From Macrostomum lignano (taxonomy: Eukaryota), in assembly GCA_002269645.1 (NCBI GenBank), contig NIVC01000984.1, positions 433,202 through 497,201 of the forward strand: a DNA stretch of 64,000 bases, written 5' to 3'. A program made the translations under genes and the position numbers. Positions 35,651 to 46,849 of the stretch are shown here, piece by piece. Position 1 is the first letter of the stretch. Every line of letters starts with the position of its first letter. Under the pieces are notes generated by a model. It saw only the letters and a program-made list of their open reading frames with translations, made no database searches and was not told the DNA's origin.

Positions 35651-36130
35651 AAAAAACGCATTGGTAACAAAAAAGCTACACTGAGCCAAGCCTGTCTCCG
35701 CCCATTCCGTGTCTGTCGCAACCTCCAATTTTTATCAGTACCAATAATGGACCTTTGATTAACGAGCCTTTAATGGACTTAGTGTCTATTGTAGCAAAAA
35801 GTTTGCTCAGCAGCCATTTTCTGGTCAACGCAAATTCGCAAATTTGCATTACGACGAGTAAATTGGGTGTGATTGGTGGCTAAAAAGGCAGAGGATAATG
35901 CTGAAAGCAAACAATGCTTGCCAGTCCATCAAATTGACTTAGACGATAACCTATTTACGGGATGCTATCCCAGCTGCATTCTAGTCAATTAGAGAGCGGG
36001 GAGTTGTCAGAATCTAATTCAGCAATTTCCCAAAGTGGTTCTCCCCTGTGGGAAATATTAAACGAATAAAACCATCGGGGGATTCGGTGTCGATAGCCGG
36101 ATTAGCACAGCTGAATTCAGCCAGCGAGCA

Positions 36131-38650
36131 ATGCTGAGACAGGGGATTATTCTGGCGTTGACATTGACGTTGCTAGCCCACGAGGCCGCCGTCTGCTCGG
36201 CGAAGGAGCCTTCCAGGATGTCAACCGAAGAGAGGATCATCCGGCTGCTGAACATCACCTCCGGCTACTACAAGGTGGCGGCACCTCCGCCAGACAACGG
36301 CACGGCCAATGTAATCAAGTTTAGAACTAAACTCATCAGAATCAGCAGCGTGGTGAGTGCCGCTGAGGGTGCAGTATTGTATATCGTATTTTAACTCCCC
36401 AAACTTACAGGTTTTTGCTCAAACTTTTACTCAAAAATGCGATAGCCACTGTAATCGGTTTAAAAGCAGTTAAATCAGTCTGAAAAAACGCTTTGTAGGA
36501 TGTTGTGAATCAGCTAGTGTCCTTGGATCTCTGGATAATGATGGTGAGTTTGACTCCTAGATAATCCACCTTTAAGTTACCTGAATGAGTAGCAGCTGCA
36601 CATCTACCGCAACACCTGCCTCGGCCGCCCTCGAACAACTCTGAATTTTCAGTTTTGGACAGATTCGCGACTCGCCTGGAACGAGACCGACGATCCCAAA
36701 CTGGCCAAGTTTGAGAAGATCTTTCTACCAACAGACTATGTGTGGCTTCCGGACTTGAGTCTGAGCCATCCGTGAGTTCTGTTTGCCAATTTAATATGGC
36801 ATTGATTTTTATATTGGTTGATAATAAAGCCGATCAGGTGGAGAGTCCCCTTTCGCTGCAGCCTATCAAAAAAGCCTATCAAAGCCACTGCCACAGAGCT
36901 GCACTCGGCCATAGACAATAAAGCCAACCAAAGCCACTGCCACAGAGCTGCACTCGGCCATAGACAATAAAGCCAACCAAAGCCACTGCCACAGAACTGC
37001 ACTCGGCCATAGACAATAAAGCCTATCAAAGCCACTGCCACAGAGCTGCACTCGGCCATAGACAATAAAGCCAACCAAAGCCACTGCCACAGAGCTGCAC
37101 TCGGCCATAGACAATAAAGCCAACCAAAGCCACTGCCACAGAGCTGCACTCGGCCATAGACAATAAAGCCAACCAAAGCCAATGCCACAGAACTGCACTC
37201 GGCCATAGACAGTCCAGTCTTTTATCAAATACTCTCGTAAATATTTTGACAGGGTTGACGTCAAAAGCTTTGAAACCAACAAATTCTTGGTTGACGTGAG
37301 CTCGAACGGTAGGATGAAACTGGAAACGCCGCTCGGCATAACCATCAAGTGCCCGCTGAAGATGCGCGACTTTCCATTTGACACGCAAGTTTGCCAGTTT
37401 TCTTTCTCGTCAGCGGCGAAGAAGCAGACGCTTTTGCAGCTTGAGATAAAAAGTGGGCTGCCTATCAACTACAGCGAGATAAACCTGCAGAACAATGAGT
37501 ACTGTGTTACTAGCGTGCGCTCAGTCATTATTGACTTCAGCACCCAATTTCCCCAATTCAAGAAGCTTTTGGTTACAGTTGAATTCGAGGTAAAATACCG
37601 CATGTTTGAGAGGTGCTGGGTACTCACTCATTGCACAGCAGTCTCTGTTCTGACTACCCGCTCAGCCTCCCGCTCCCCATCCCATTGCAGAGGCGGCCCC
37701 TCTACTACGTCATCGTGCTCATCATCCCCAGCGCCCTCATCCTCGCCACCTGCATCTTCGGCTTTCTCCTGCCAGCGGACTCGGGCGACCGACTGGCACT
37801 GAATGTGGCCATCCTGCTGTCAATGAGTGTGTTCCTGCAGCTGGCGGGCAGCATCACTCCTGCTCAGAGCGAGTCTGTTCCAGTGCTCAGTGAGTCCAAG
37901 TGTATGGCTATTGATGTGTGCTGTGCTGTGCTGTGCTGTGCTGTGCTGTGCTGTGCTGTACTGTGCTGTGCTGTGCTGTGCTGTGCTGTGCTGTGCTGTA
38001 CTGTGCTGTATTGTGCTGTGCTGTACTGTGCTGTGCTGTGCTGTGCTGTGCTGTGCTGTGCTGTGCTGTGCTGTATTGTGCTGTGCTGTGCTGTGCTGTG
38101 CTGTGCTGTGCTGTGCTGTGCTGTGCTGTGCTGTGCTGTGCTGTGCTGTGCAGCTACACTGAGTCAAGTCTGTCTCTGCCCATCCATAGCCTGGTACTTC
38201 ACGGTGGCCATGGCTGTGACCGCTCTGAGCACAATCGGCAGCATAGTTGTGCACCTGTGCTACAGGAGAGCTGCATCGCGGGAGGCTGTGAGCAACCCGG
38301 CGCTGAGGCTGCTGTTCCTCAACCGCCTGTGCGGCTGGTCGGTGCGTGCTCTCTCATATGTACTTAGATTTTCCGACGTTGGTCTTACTTTATCTGCTGA
38401 CAGCTTGTCGAATCTTTAAATTGCTCTCATTTTTCGCCAGAATTACCGAGTCAGCAGCGCCACATCGAAGGCCGCGGCCGCCTCATCATCCAGCAGCAGC
38501 CTCGCCAGCGTCCAGGACGGCTGCCGCGATCCTGGAGACGAGTGGCTGCATGTGAGCTGCGTGCTGGACAGACTGATGCTGGTCTGCGTTGTGAGCCTCT
38601 CCGTGGCCGTCACCGTGTTGCTGGGCGCCACCGCTAACAAGAGCAACTAG
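36131..38650 (+). CDS. nAChR-like Cys-loop channel, gene C, 427 aa; exons 36131-36352, 36499-36543, 36653-36771, 37253-37589, 37691-37889, 38190-38341, 38441-38650
   Basis: Signal peptide; WTDSRLAW, YVWLPDL, CPLKMRDFPFDTQVC, shared M1-M3, M4 EWLHVSCVLDRL; AATAAA at 38711-38716. Confidence 0.9.
36860..37212. repeat. 49-bp minisatellite in gene C intron 3
   Basis: Unit gccatagacaataaagccaaccaaagccactgccacagagctgcactcg, about 7 copies. Confidence 0.92.
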
Positions 38651-40086
38651 GCGGGGTGCTGATGACCGAGCTCATCAATTCGAGTTTAAGGACTACTAAA
38701 CTAACTCCTTAATAAACTAATACATCAGCTGTGTACCGTGCAATACTCCAGCAGCCAACACTAGCAGCTAATTATTGAACCAATAGGTCAGTTAACCAAA
38801 CTGCCGCAGCAGATATATATTACAACTATATTTTATCTTGTTAAACTATAATAATCATTTTGACGCATTGCACTTGTTTCAAGGCAACTGAAGACTGAAT
38901 CTTTCGGACTGATGTAGTTACCTCCGGAGTTGAGGGCATCGTGGGTTTTACTTGTACCTATATTAGTGAAAAACATTAGCTTCAGAATTCTTCATTCGAT
39001 TAGATTTTACGATACTGATATTGTCAAGGTTTAGCTTTCCGTGTGTCTATTACATGTAAGTGCAGTGAGTTTGAGAAGGGAGCTTTTTAAAATGAAGATG
39101 GTACTGAGTCGGAAGTATAAATGGTTTCATTAACTCCACAGTCAGAGCACGAAAGAAGCCAGACGCGAACACCTACAAGGGATCGCCAGGGACTTCTAGA
39201 GCTGGCACCACAGTAATGCTATTTTTAGCAGTCCCTGCAAACAGACAAAGGGGAGGCAAATCAACGCGAGAAGAAGGCCTTAAAGCCAGATCGGGGGGAG
39301 GTGGGTGCGCCAGAGAGACGGAGACGGGGCGCGACGGAGGCCGGAGAGAAAGAACATCCGACCGGTCACAAACCACACCGTAAGCGTCACGCACTCTTAC
39401 GGATAATATTTGATGAACAGCTAGAGTTGACAAATTGGACAATTGCATGACAATACGGCCGGGGCACTGGCTAGGTGGCTGGAAGCAAACAATTGAGTAG
39501 CACTTAAGCAAATTGATTCGGTGCATCAGTGACGAAGAGAGCCGAGTCAATAGAATCTAATTAGGCAACTCTGAACAATATCCAATAGTTGAAGCAACTC
39601 AGAAAACTAACTGTTCTTCTCGGAATCAAACCCATGTGTCTGACGGACGACAGCACGAAAGTTTATAAGCTGCACGGACTCTCATTAATTAAAGTTTGAG
39701 TCGCCGAATTGAAGTGGCGCGCAGCTGAACTCACTCTAGTCTGCTTCAAGTTGAGTACCTTGGACGCTGCCAAGTACATATACGGATTACGCACTCGCTC
39801 ACACTGGGTGTACAGCGGCCCTGACTTTCTCATCCGTTAGGCAGTGAACTGCAAGGGCACCGGAAAGTTCACTTTCTCGAAAAATGTTGCCATGGTCACT
39901 TCGCTTGCTCACAGCTTAAACAAATTCAACTCTGAAGCTTCCCAGCGATAGCTTCTACTAATTCAATATTTGAGCACCATGCTAACCCGGCCCTTTGTGT
40001 GCTCTGCTCAGTGCTTGGTTTAACTGTCGTGACTGTTAATTAAAGCCTTGCAGTCGCTGAGCAAAGTGAGTCGGGGAAACGGCAGG

Positions 40087-40197
40087 CCAATATGCCACCA
40101 ACTGCTTTATCAGCGTCGCATTCACTCAGCTCAGCAATCGCAATCAGCTTATTGGTTATAGCAAAAGGCTGCATTTGCTCTAGTATGTATATATAAG
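40087..40197 (+). promoter_or_regulatory. Candidate CCAAT/TATA core promoter of gene D
   Basis: ccaat at 40087, attgg at 40151, tatatataag at ~40188-40197, about 120 nt before the ATG at 40317. Confidence 0.35.
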
Positions 40198-40316
40198 AGG
40201 CTTGTCTACATCAGTTCATGCTCTGCTTACTTAGTTTGGTGAACTGCTAGCAGTCTGGCGCTGTGATACTTGGCAAATACTGCTGTGTGAGCCTGCGCTC
40301 CTACCCGAATAGATCG

Positions 40317-43300
40317 ATGCGGACTCAACAATACTCAGACCTCTGCTGCAGACTCTGCGTAGCAGTGCTCGTCTTGCTGTCATCAGGAGTGCATTCTCAA
40401 ACAGAAGAAGCGGCATCTGGAGAGGAGCAGGTGATCCGATGGCTGAACCTGACCGCCAGGTACTGCAAGGAGGCGGCTCCGCCGCAGGACAATGGCACCG
40501 CTACCTTGGTTACTGTGGACTGCCTTGTCAACGAGCTGCTTGAAGTGGTGAGTTGGCACCAGTAAATACCATAGATGTCCAAAAATAGTGATGTAGCGCT
40601 AGCGCTAATTCAATTAACCCCTGTCCGATAACGATGCTCCATCTTGTGCTGTTCCAGAATGATGTGAAGCAGTTGTTTTCTCTTGACAGCTACATAATGC
40701 TGGTAAGCTTGATGAGTTATTAGAAATATTGATGTTACATTCATGCTGAAAAAAACCTTTGTAACTCTTCCGCCCCCAAGCAATGGACTGACAGGAGACT
40801 GGCCTGGGACAGGTCGGGCAATGCTGAGCTGCTGACAACTGACGAAATCTTCCTGCCACTCGACATGATTTGGGTGCCGGATGTCATTGTGATGAGGCCG
40901 TGAGTGCGACATCAGATTTCAGTTTATTAGCTCCATAGCTCAAGTGCAAAAGTTGCTCTTATCTTCTCTTCTCGTCCGGGATCGCGTCTCAAACTCCTCG
41001 AAATCCCACAGCTCCACGTTGGATGAAGGAGCGAACCATTGCAAAATCCGTTCAGACGGCACAACTGGCCAATCACCAGATTCGCTCCTGATAAAAATTG
41101 ATTCAAAATTAGTCGATACTACTGAATTGCCAACAATCGAAAGTAGTATTCAGCAAGGACTACTAAAGTAGAAGGACATGGTAGAACTACGGAGATCACG
41201 CCTCCCCTGAAGAGAGAATTCGGTCGATACAATATGCCCTGAAAACTACTGATTTCCCATGAATCCATGACCCAGCAGAAGTCCAAAAAAGCAATCCTAG
41301 AAATCCTATCGCATTGTCTGCACAGTGTACAGGTATGCAAAATATTAGTGACTTTAGTTGATATCGGTATAGAATGAAACTAATCCATTCTGCCAGAGCC
41401 TCAGAAGTTGGCCTTTCATGGCTGAGTATCGCCTCAGGCCAATCGCACGGAATCGAACCAACTATACATGCATACATTTTTCGCAAGAGGCAGCTGCTCA
41501 GCCTCTCAATTGCTTCATCAGTTGTTTACTATTAAAGTGCAGCCGAGCTCCGGCAGCCCGTCTCCACTCTGTCCAGCTCTCGGCCGCAGCAATTCGCTGC
41601 ATTTTGCATTCCTGCCACCTGCAGCCAGCAGCAACAGACAGGCTTGAGCACGCACTGAATGGCCTGAGAGCCATCGAATTATGATATGCGAGCATGGTCA
41701 CAATGGCTTTTTAAGACAAAACGCAGTCGAGCTGTAGGCAGCGGGTGGTTAGAGAGGCCAGCTTAACCTCTCTGTATCTCTGCTCGCTCGCTATTCTCAG
41801 GCCAGCTCACCGCTCTGTCAGCCTCCCTGCAGTTTGGCAGACTCCGGGGGCAACCAGCAGTGCTGTACTCGGTCTGTTTTGAGTAGTGAGCTGAATGGAG
41901 CTGCATTCTAGCTAGACTTATTTATTATCTCAGGCAGGAGTTGCGGGGGTTGGGTGGTTCGAGAGGCCAGTATGGGGTGATTGCGAACTCGAGTAGTTTT
42001 CTCTTTGCGGGCTTTTATGACGCCAGACTGTCGCACTGCGAGTGCTGAGCTGGGTGGGGCCGTTCCAGATGAAGCTTGGAGATTCATTTAGCGATGAGGC
42101 TGCTGAGATGACCAGCGCAAAGCTGAGCTGTCTGAGGCTGCAGTGGCAGCTGCTCCCGAAAGAGTTGCAGCCCCAGCCTTGCACAATGGAGACTCTGCAT
42201 TGTGCTTTAGCACCCTGCCTGCCCCCTCACTGCACCTTCGCTTCTGTGCTCAGAGATGACGGGCGGAGGCTGGGCTGCCAGCCAGCTGCATTTTTTTGAT
42301 AGTTTAGCGCTTTCTCGAAGCATGAGAAAACAAGCGTTTATTGAGCGGAGTCTGCATGATCTGAGCTGGGATCTGATAGAGAACAAAGAAGCTGAGCTTT
42401 CGAGTTGACAAATCTCAGCAGTGAAATGCTGAAGTGTCGGTCACCAAGTGCAAAATGCAATAAAAAAGCCAGGCAGCCGCAGTGCACAGATAAACCGTGT
42501 GAAATCCAAAATCAGCCTATATGTGAGTCCCGCACTGTCCTGGGCAGGCCGAGAGCTGGACAGAATAGAGACGGGCTGCCAGAGCTCGGCTGCACTTTAA
42601 TAATAAACAACTGATGAAGCAATTGAGAGGCTGAGCAGCTGCCTCTTGCGAAAAATGTATGCATGTATAGTTGGTTCGATTCCGTGCGATTGGCCTGAGG
42701 CGATACTCAGCCATGAAAGGCCAACTTCTGAGGCTCTGGCAGAATGGATTAGTTTCATTCTATACCGATATCAACTAAAGTCACTAATATTTTGCATACC
42801 TGTACACTGTGCAGACAATGCGATAGGATTTCTAGGATTGCTTTTTTGGACTTCTGCTGGGTCATGGATTCATGGGAAATCAGTAGTTTTCAGGGCATAT
42901 TGTATCGACCGAATTCTCTCTTCAGGGGAGGCGTGAGATAGGAAGTTCTCTTTTTTCAGCATAAAAATTGTTATTGCTTTCGATAGGAGGCAGACGCAAT
43001 GCTCATCTTTGGATAAGATCTCTATTGATATTCGTAAAGCTCTTTGTTCGGAAAATTGGGATTCTATGTTAATTTCATATTCTACGTACATTTCCTGTAC
43101 CTAAAAAATCATTAAAATGCATGGCACGGCTCGAATCTTTAGTTTTAGCTCGTATGCATCTATTTTATCATTTCTGTTACACATATTGTTACACAGTAAG
43201 CCAAGGACAACTCAAAGATGAGCATTGGGTCTGCCTCCTATTGAAAGCAATAACAATTTTTGAGCTGAAAAAATGAAAACTTTCTATCTACATAGTGTAT

Positions 43301-44919
43301 TTCTCGGCGAACAGTGGCCTTCAAAACATTTTGTATAGATTTAGCTCGTACAGTGTCGCGTCCTGTACGTTGCTTTAGTTGTCCGTGGTATTCAGTATTA
43401 GAAATATTTGGTGTTTTTGCGGCTTATAATTCAAACCTCTGACTGGTACTTTACTTATAATGATAAGTAAAAAGATATGAAGCGATGTATCTTTCATGAT
43501 CTTTGGCTGGCTACTAACTCAAATATGATTCACTAAAGCTTATAAAAAAGTATACGATGATTATTGCACTTTTGACACCAACTCACTTAAAAGCTACTCA
43601 ACCTCTCTCATAGCATCGACATTCGCAGCTTCGAGAAGAACAGGCTGCTAGCGAAGGTGCTCGCGAATGGCCAGGTCACGGCACTGCTGTCCTACGGCAC
43701 AACCAACAAGTGCAAGATGAAGCTGAACGATTTCCCGTTCGACTCCCAGCACTGCTCAATCTACCTGTCCTCGGTAGCGAAGGGTAGTAAATACATCAGG
43801 CTGAAGGCTTTACCAAGACCCAATGACCAGCAGATTGTCGTGACTGCTAGCCAAAATAATGAATTCTGCGTCACCAATGTCAATACATCCTGGAATAGTA
43901 AGATGGGACAACACGACATAGTGAATATCACTGTCAGCTTCAAGGTGAGATAGAAACTAGATACTCGTATATAAAGGTCCCCGAGGCTCGGCATTAAGTG
44001 CCCGCTCAGTCTCCCGCTCCCCATCCCTTTGCAGAGGCGGCCCCTCTACTACGTCATCGTGCTCATCATCCCCAGCGCCCTCATCCTCGCCACCTGCATC
44101 TTCGGCTTTCTCCTGCCAGCGGACTCGGGCGACCGACTGGCACTGAATGTGGCCATCCTGCTGTCAATGAGTGTGTTCCTGCAGCTGGCGGGCAGCATCA
44201 CCCCTGCTCAGAGCGAGTCTGTTCCAGTGCTCAGTGAGTCAGAGTGTATGGCTATTGATGTGTGCTGTGCTGTGCTGTGCTGTGCTGTGCTGTGCTGTGC
44301 TGTGCTGTGTTGTGCTGTGCTGTGCTGTGCTGTGCTGTGCTGTGCTGTACTGTGCTGTATTGTGCTGTGCTGTGCTGTGCTGTGCTGTGCTGTATTGTGC
44401 TGTGCTGTGCTGTGCTGTGCTGTGCTATGCAGCTACACTGAGCCAAGTCTGTCTCTGCCCATCCCCAGCCTGGTACTTCACGGTGGCCATGGCTGTGACC
44501 GCTCTGAGCACAATCGGCAGCATAGTTGTGCACCTGTGCTACAGGAGAGCTGCATCGCGGGAGGCTGTGAGCAGCCCAGTGCTGAGGCTGCTGTTCCTCA
44601 ACCGCCTGTGCGGCTGGAAGAACACTGTGGTGAGCATAAAGTTCTGAGTCTTTAATAACTCACTCGGATGCAGTTAGCAACTGTCGCACAATTTTTGCAG
44701 CAAAGCGTTGAGAACTGCAAGGAGAGCAACCAAGCCCAATCGCTCGAGTCGGTTTCCATGACAACAATCAAAACCAGTCCGGGATCCGAGTGGCAGCAGA
44801 TTGGCTCAGCGATTGACCGCCTGCTGATAATCTGCTCCGTCAGCTGCTCTGTGGCCGTCTTGCTGCTGATTTTTGTCACCGCGGTCAAGAACGCTTCTAG
44901 CTGGTGTCCAACGTATTAG
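40317..44919 (+). CDS. nAChR-like Cys-loop channel, gene D, 434 aa; exons 40317-40547, 40658-40702, 40781-40899, 43614-43944, 44035-44233, 44469-44629, 44701-44919
   Basis: Signal peptide; WTDRRLAW, MIWVPDV, CKMKLNDFPFDSQHC, shared M1-M3, M4 EWQQIGSAIDRL. Confidence 0.9.
41197..42935. mobile_element. Non-autonomous foldback DNA transposon with 389-bp TIRs (41197-41585, 42547-42935), CAC..GTG ends, 4-bp TSD AGAT; Chapaev/CMC-like
   Basis: Arms are near-perfect reverse complements (about 4 mismatches seen); agat at 41193-41196 and 42936-42939; no transposase recognised inside. Confidence 0.78.
42936..43297. mobile_element. Older MITE with ~85-bp imperfect TIRs, interrupted by the foldback element (left tip at ~41185-41196)
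   Basis: 42936-43011 is the reverse complement of 43213-~43288; the match continues left of the foldback (aactacggagat vs cactatgtagat). Confidence 0.6.
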
Positions 44920-45194
44920 CCGGCGAGTCAGGGACCAGCTAGTGATGGATTTGACTGCGCTTGACATGCAGCTAGCAGAGAAAAAATAATTAATATGACT
45001 TAATTTTAGGGCACGATCAGTTGATCATTGGAATTGTCACAGCTCTTATTTTGTGCGCCATCTCTTTATCTTAAATCTATTTAGCAGACGCTCTCTATCT
45101 CTATAACTATTTAAGCTGGCAAATAACTTGATAAGTTTTCAGTTGCGCTTTTTTATTCCAAAAATACTTAAGAGTAATTTTAACAAAGTGACTA

Positions 45195-45400
45195 GAAGTG
45201 AAGGAATGATGTGACAGACTGAGAAGTGACGGAATGATGTGACAGACTGAGAAGTGACGGAATAATGTGACAGACTGAGAAGTGACGGAATGATGTGACA
45301 GCCTGAGAAGTGACGGAATGATGTGACAGACTGAGAAGTGACGGAATGATGTGACAGCATGAGAAGTGACGGAATGATGTGACAGACTGAGAAGTGACGG
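45195..45400. repeat. 28-bp minisatellite (gtgacagactgagaagtgacggaatgat)n
   Basis: About 7 units. Confidence 0.9.
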
Positions 45401-45716
45401 GAGGCTGTTACAGGAGAAACAGGCGTTACAAGAGCAGCTATAAGCAGCTCAAACAAAAGTCACGAGTAGATGCAGGACTCCGTTTAGGCAGTTGCTGGGA
45501 ATGCTACTACCATTAGTAAAGTCTCACGGACATTTGCAGTAATATCAATCCCATAGAGTATAATTGAATGCTGAGCAGTGAGCACTGTTGGCAGTATAAT
45601 AGCGAACCGCTGCTAAAGGAGTCTTGCTAAAAATAATAGTCGCGTAATTGGGGGTTGGCCTACAATGTAGCTGTCTTCAACCAGATCGCCGTTACGTACT
45701 TCGCGAACAGAAAATC

Positions 45717-45918
<202 letters not shown>

Positions 45919-46359
45919 CGATTTTTTTACCTAAAACGCATTAGCAAATTTTGAGGAAATTTTAATGCTTTTATCATTAAAAATTTTCACTGTGCTTGGT
46001 TCATGGATGTAATCATTTTAATCCTATTCATTGAGAGAAGTCCTTACAACGCCCAAGCACACAGACAGACAGAGACCTCTAATACGCAGACAGAGCACTT
46101 CGTTCATTGCCTCACCTCAGAAACTCAATTACTTCTTAGTCTCTGGGAGTTCCACCTAAAATTAATGCGACAACGCCTACAAACGAGTTCAGGAACTCCA
46201 GGTCCTCTGCTGGCTTTGACTCGTTGCAGTGCGTCCGTGATGTAGCCCATGATGTAGCAATTTAATGGATTGGATCGTAATAATAAAAACGCTAACTCCC
46301 ATGCAGCCTCAGCATCTGATTGGCTCAGACTCCACTCAACCAGGGAGTTCCGCTACCTT

Positions 46360-46367
46360 TATAAATA
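46360..46367 (+). promoter_or_regulatory. Candidate TATA box (tataaata) for the small secreted-peptide gene
   Basis: Lies upstream of a 5' UTR exon ending at donor caag|gtaagc (46479/46480), with acceptor ccgcag at 46619. Confidence 0.4.
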
Positions 46368-46621
46368 GTTGGCTATAAGCAGGGAAACGAACCGCTTCGA
46401 CGGGCGTCGTTGCTTCAGGTCAGCTATTAATAGACTTCACCCAAGCAGGCTCAAGAGGTTCTTGTCACCTGGACACAAGGTAAGCGGAAATTATGCTCAG
46501 CAATAAGCGAAACTCCCCCCCCCCCAACTGACTAAGCTACGGTCTCCAAAGCTCACATAGACCCAACAATTATCTTCAGACTTTCCCAAGTAGTTAATAG
46601 ACCGGACTCTGCACCGCAGCG

Positions 46622-46849
46622 ATGAGAATAGAGATGCGAGGCAAAGCCAGTCTCCTGCTGCTGCTGACCCTGGCGCTGCTCTCGGCCGAGGCGGCTGGGC
46701 GACCCTCACGGATGTCGGCGGGCGGCGGCGCCGAGGATCCCCTGGAGGAGGCTGGGGAGACCTGGCCAGTCCGGGCTGGCAAAGGCAGACAGCGGCAGCT
46801 GGTGTCGGAGGCGGTCAAGGCGGCGCTGGGCCACCGGTTTCAAAGGTGA
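46622..46849 (+). CDS. Small secreted protein or neuropeptide-precursor-like ORF (M at 46622 or 46634; 71-75 aa); may continue through a 48-nt intron 46846-46893
   Basis: Signal peptide MRGKASLLLLLTLALLSAEA; acidic spacer AEDPLEEAGET; basic/amidation-like WPVRA-GK-GR; GC-rich island after a UTR intron. Confidence 0.55.
   Translation: MRIEMRGKASLLLLLTLALLSAEAAGRPSRMSAGGGAEDPLEEAGETWPVRAGKGRQRQLVSEAVKAALGHRFQR

Noticed and set aside
39173-39550. 125-aa minus-strand ORF between genes C and D
   Set aside because: No recognisable motif, splice context or repeat boundaries.
41196-42936. Duplicated 96-aa protein on both strands (41196-41486, 42646-42936)
   Set aside because: These are the two arms of the foldback element; no domain recognised.
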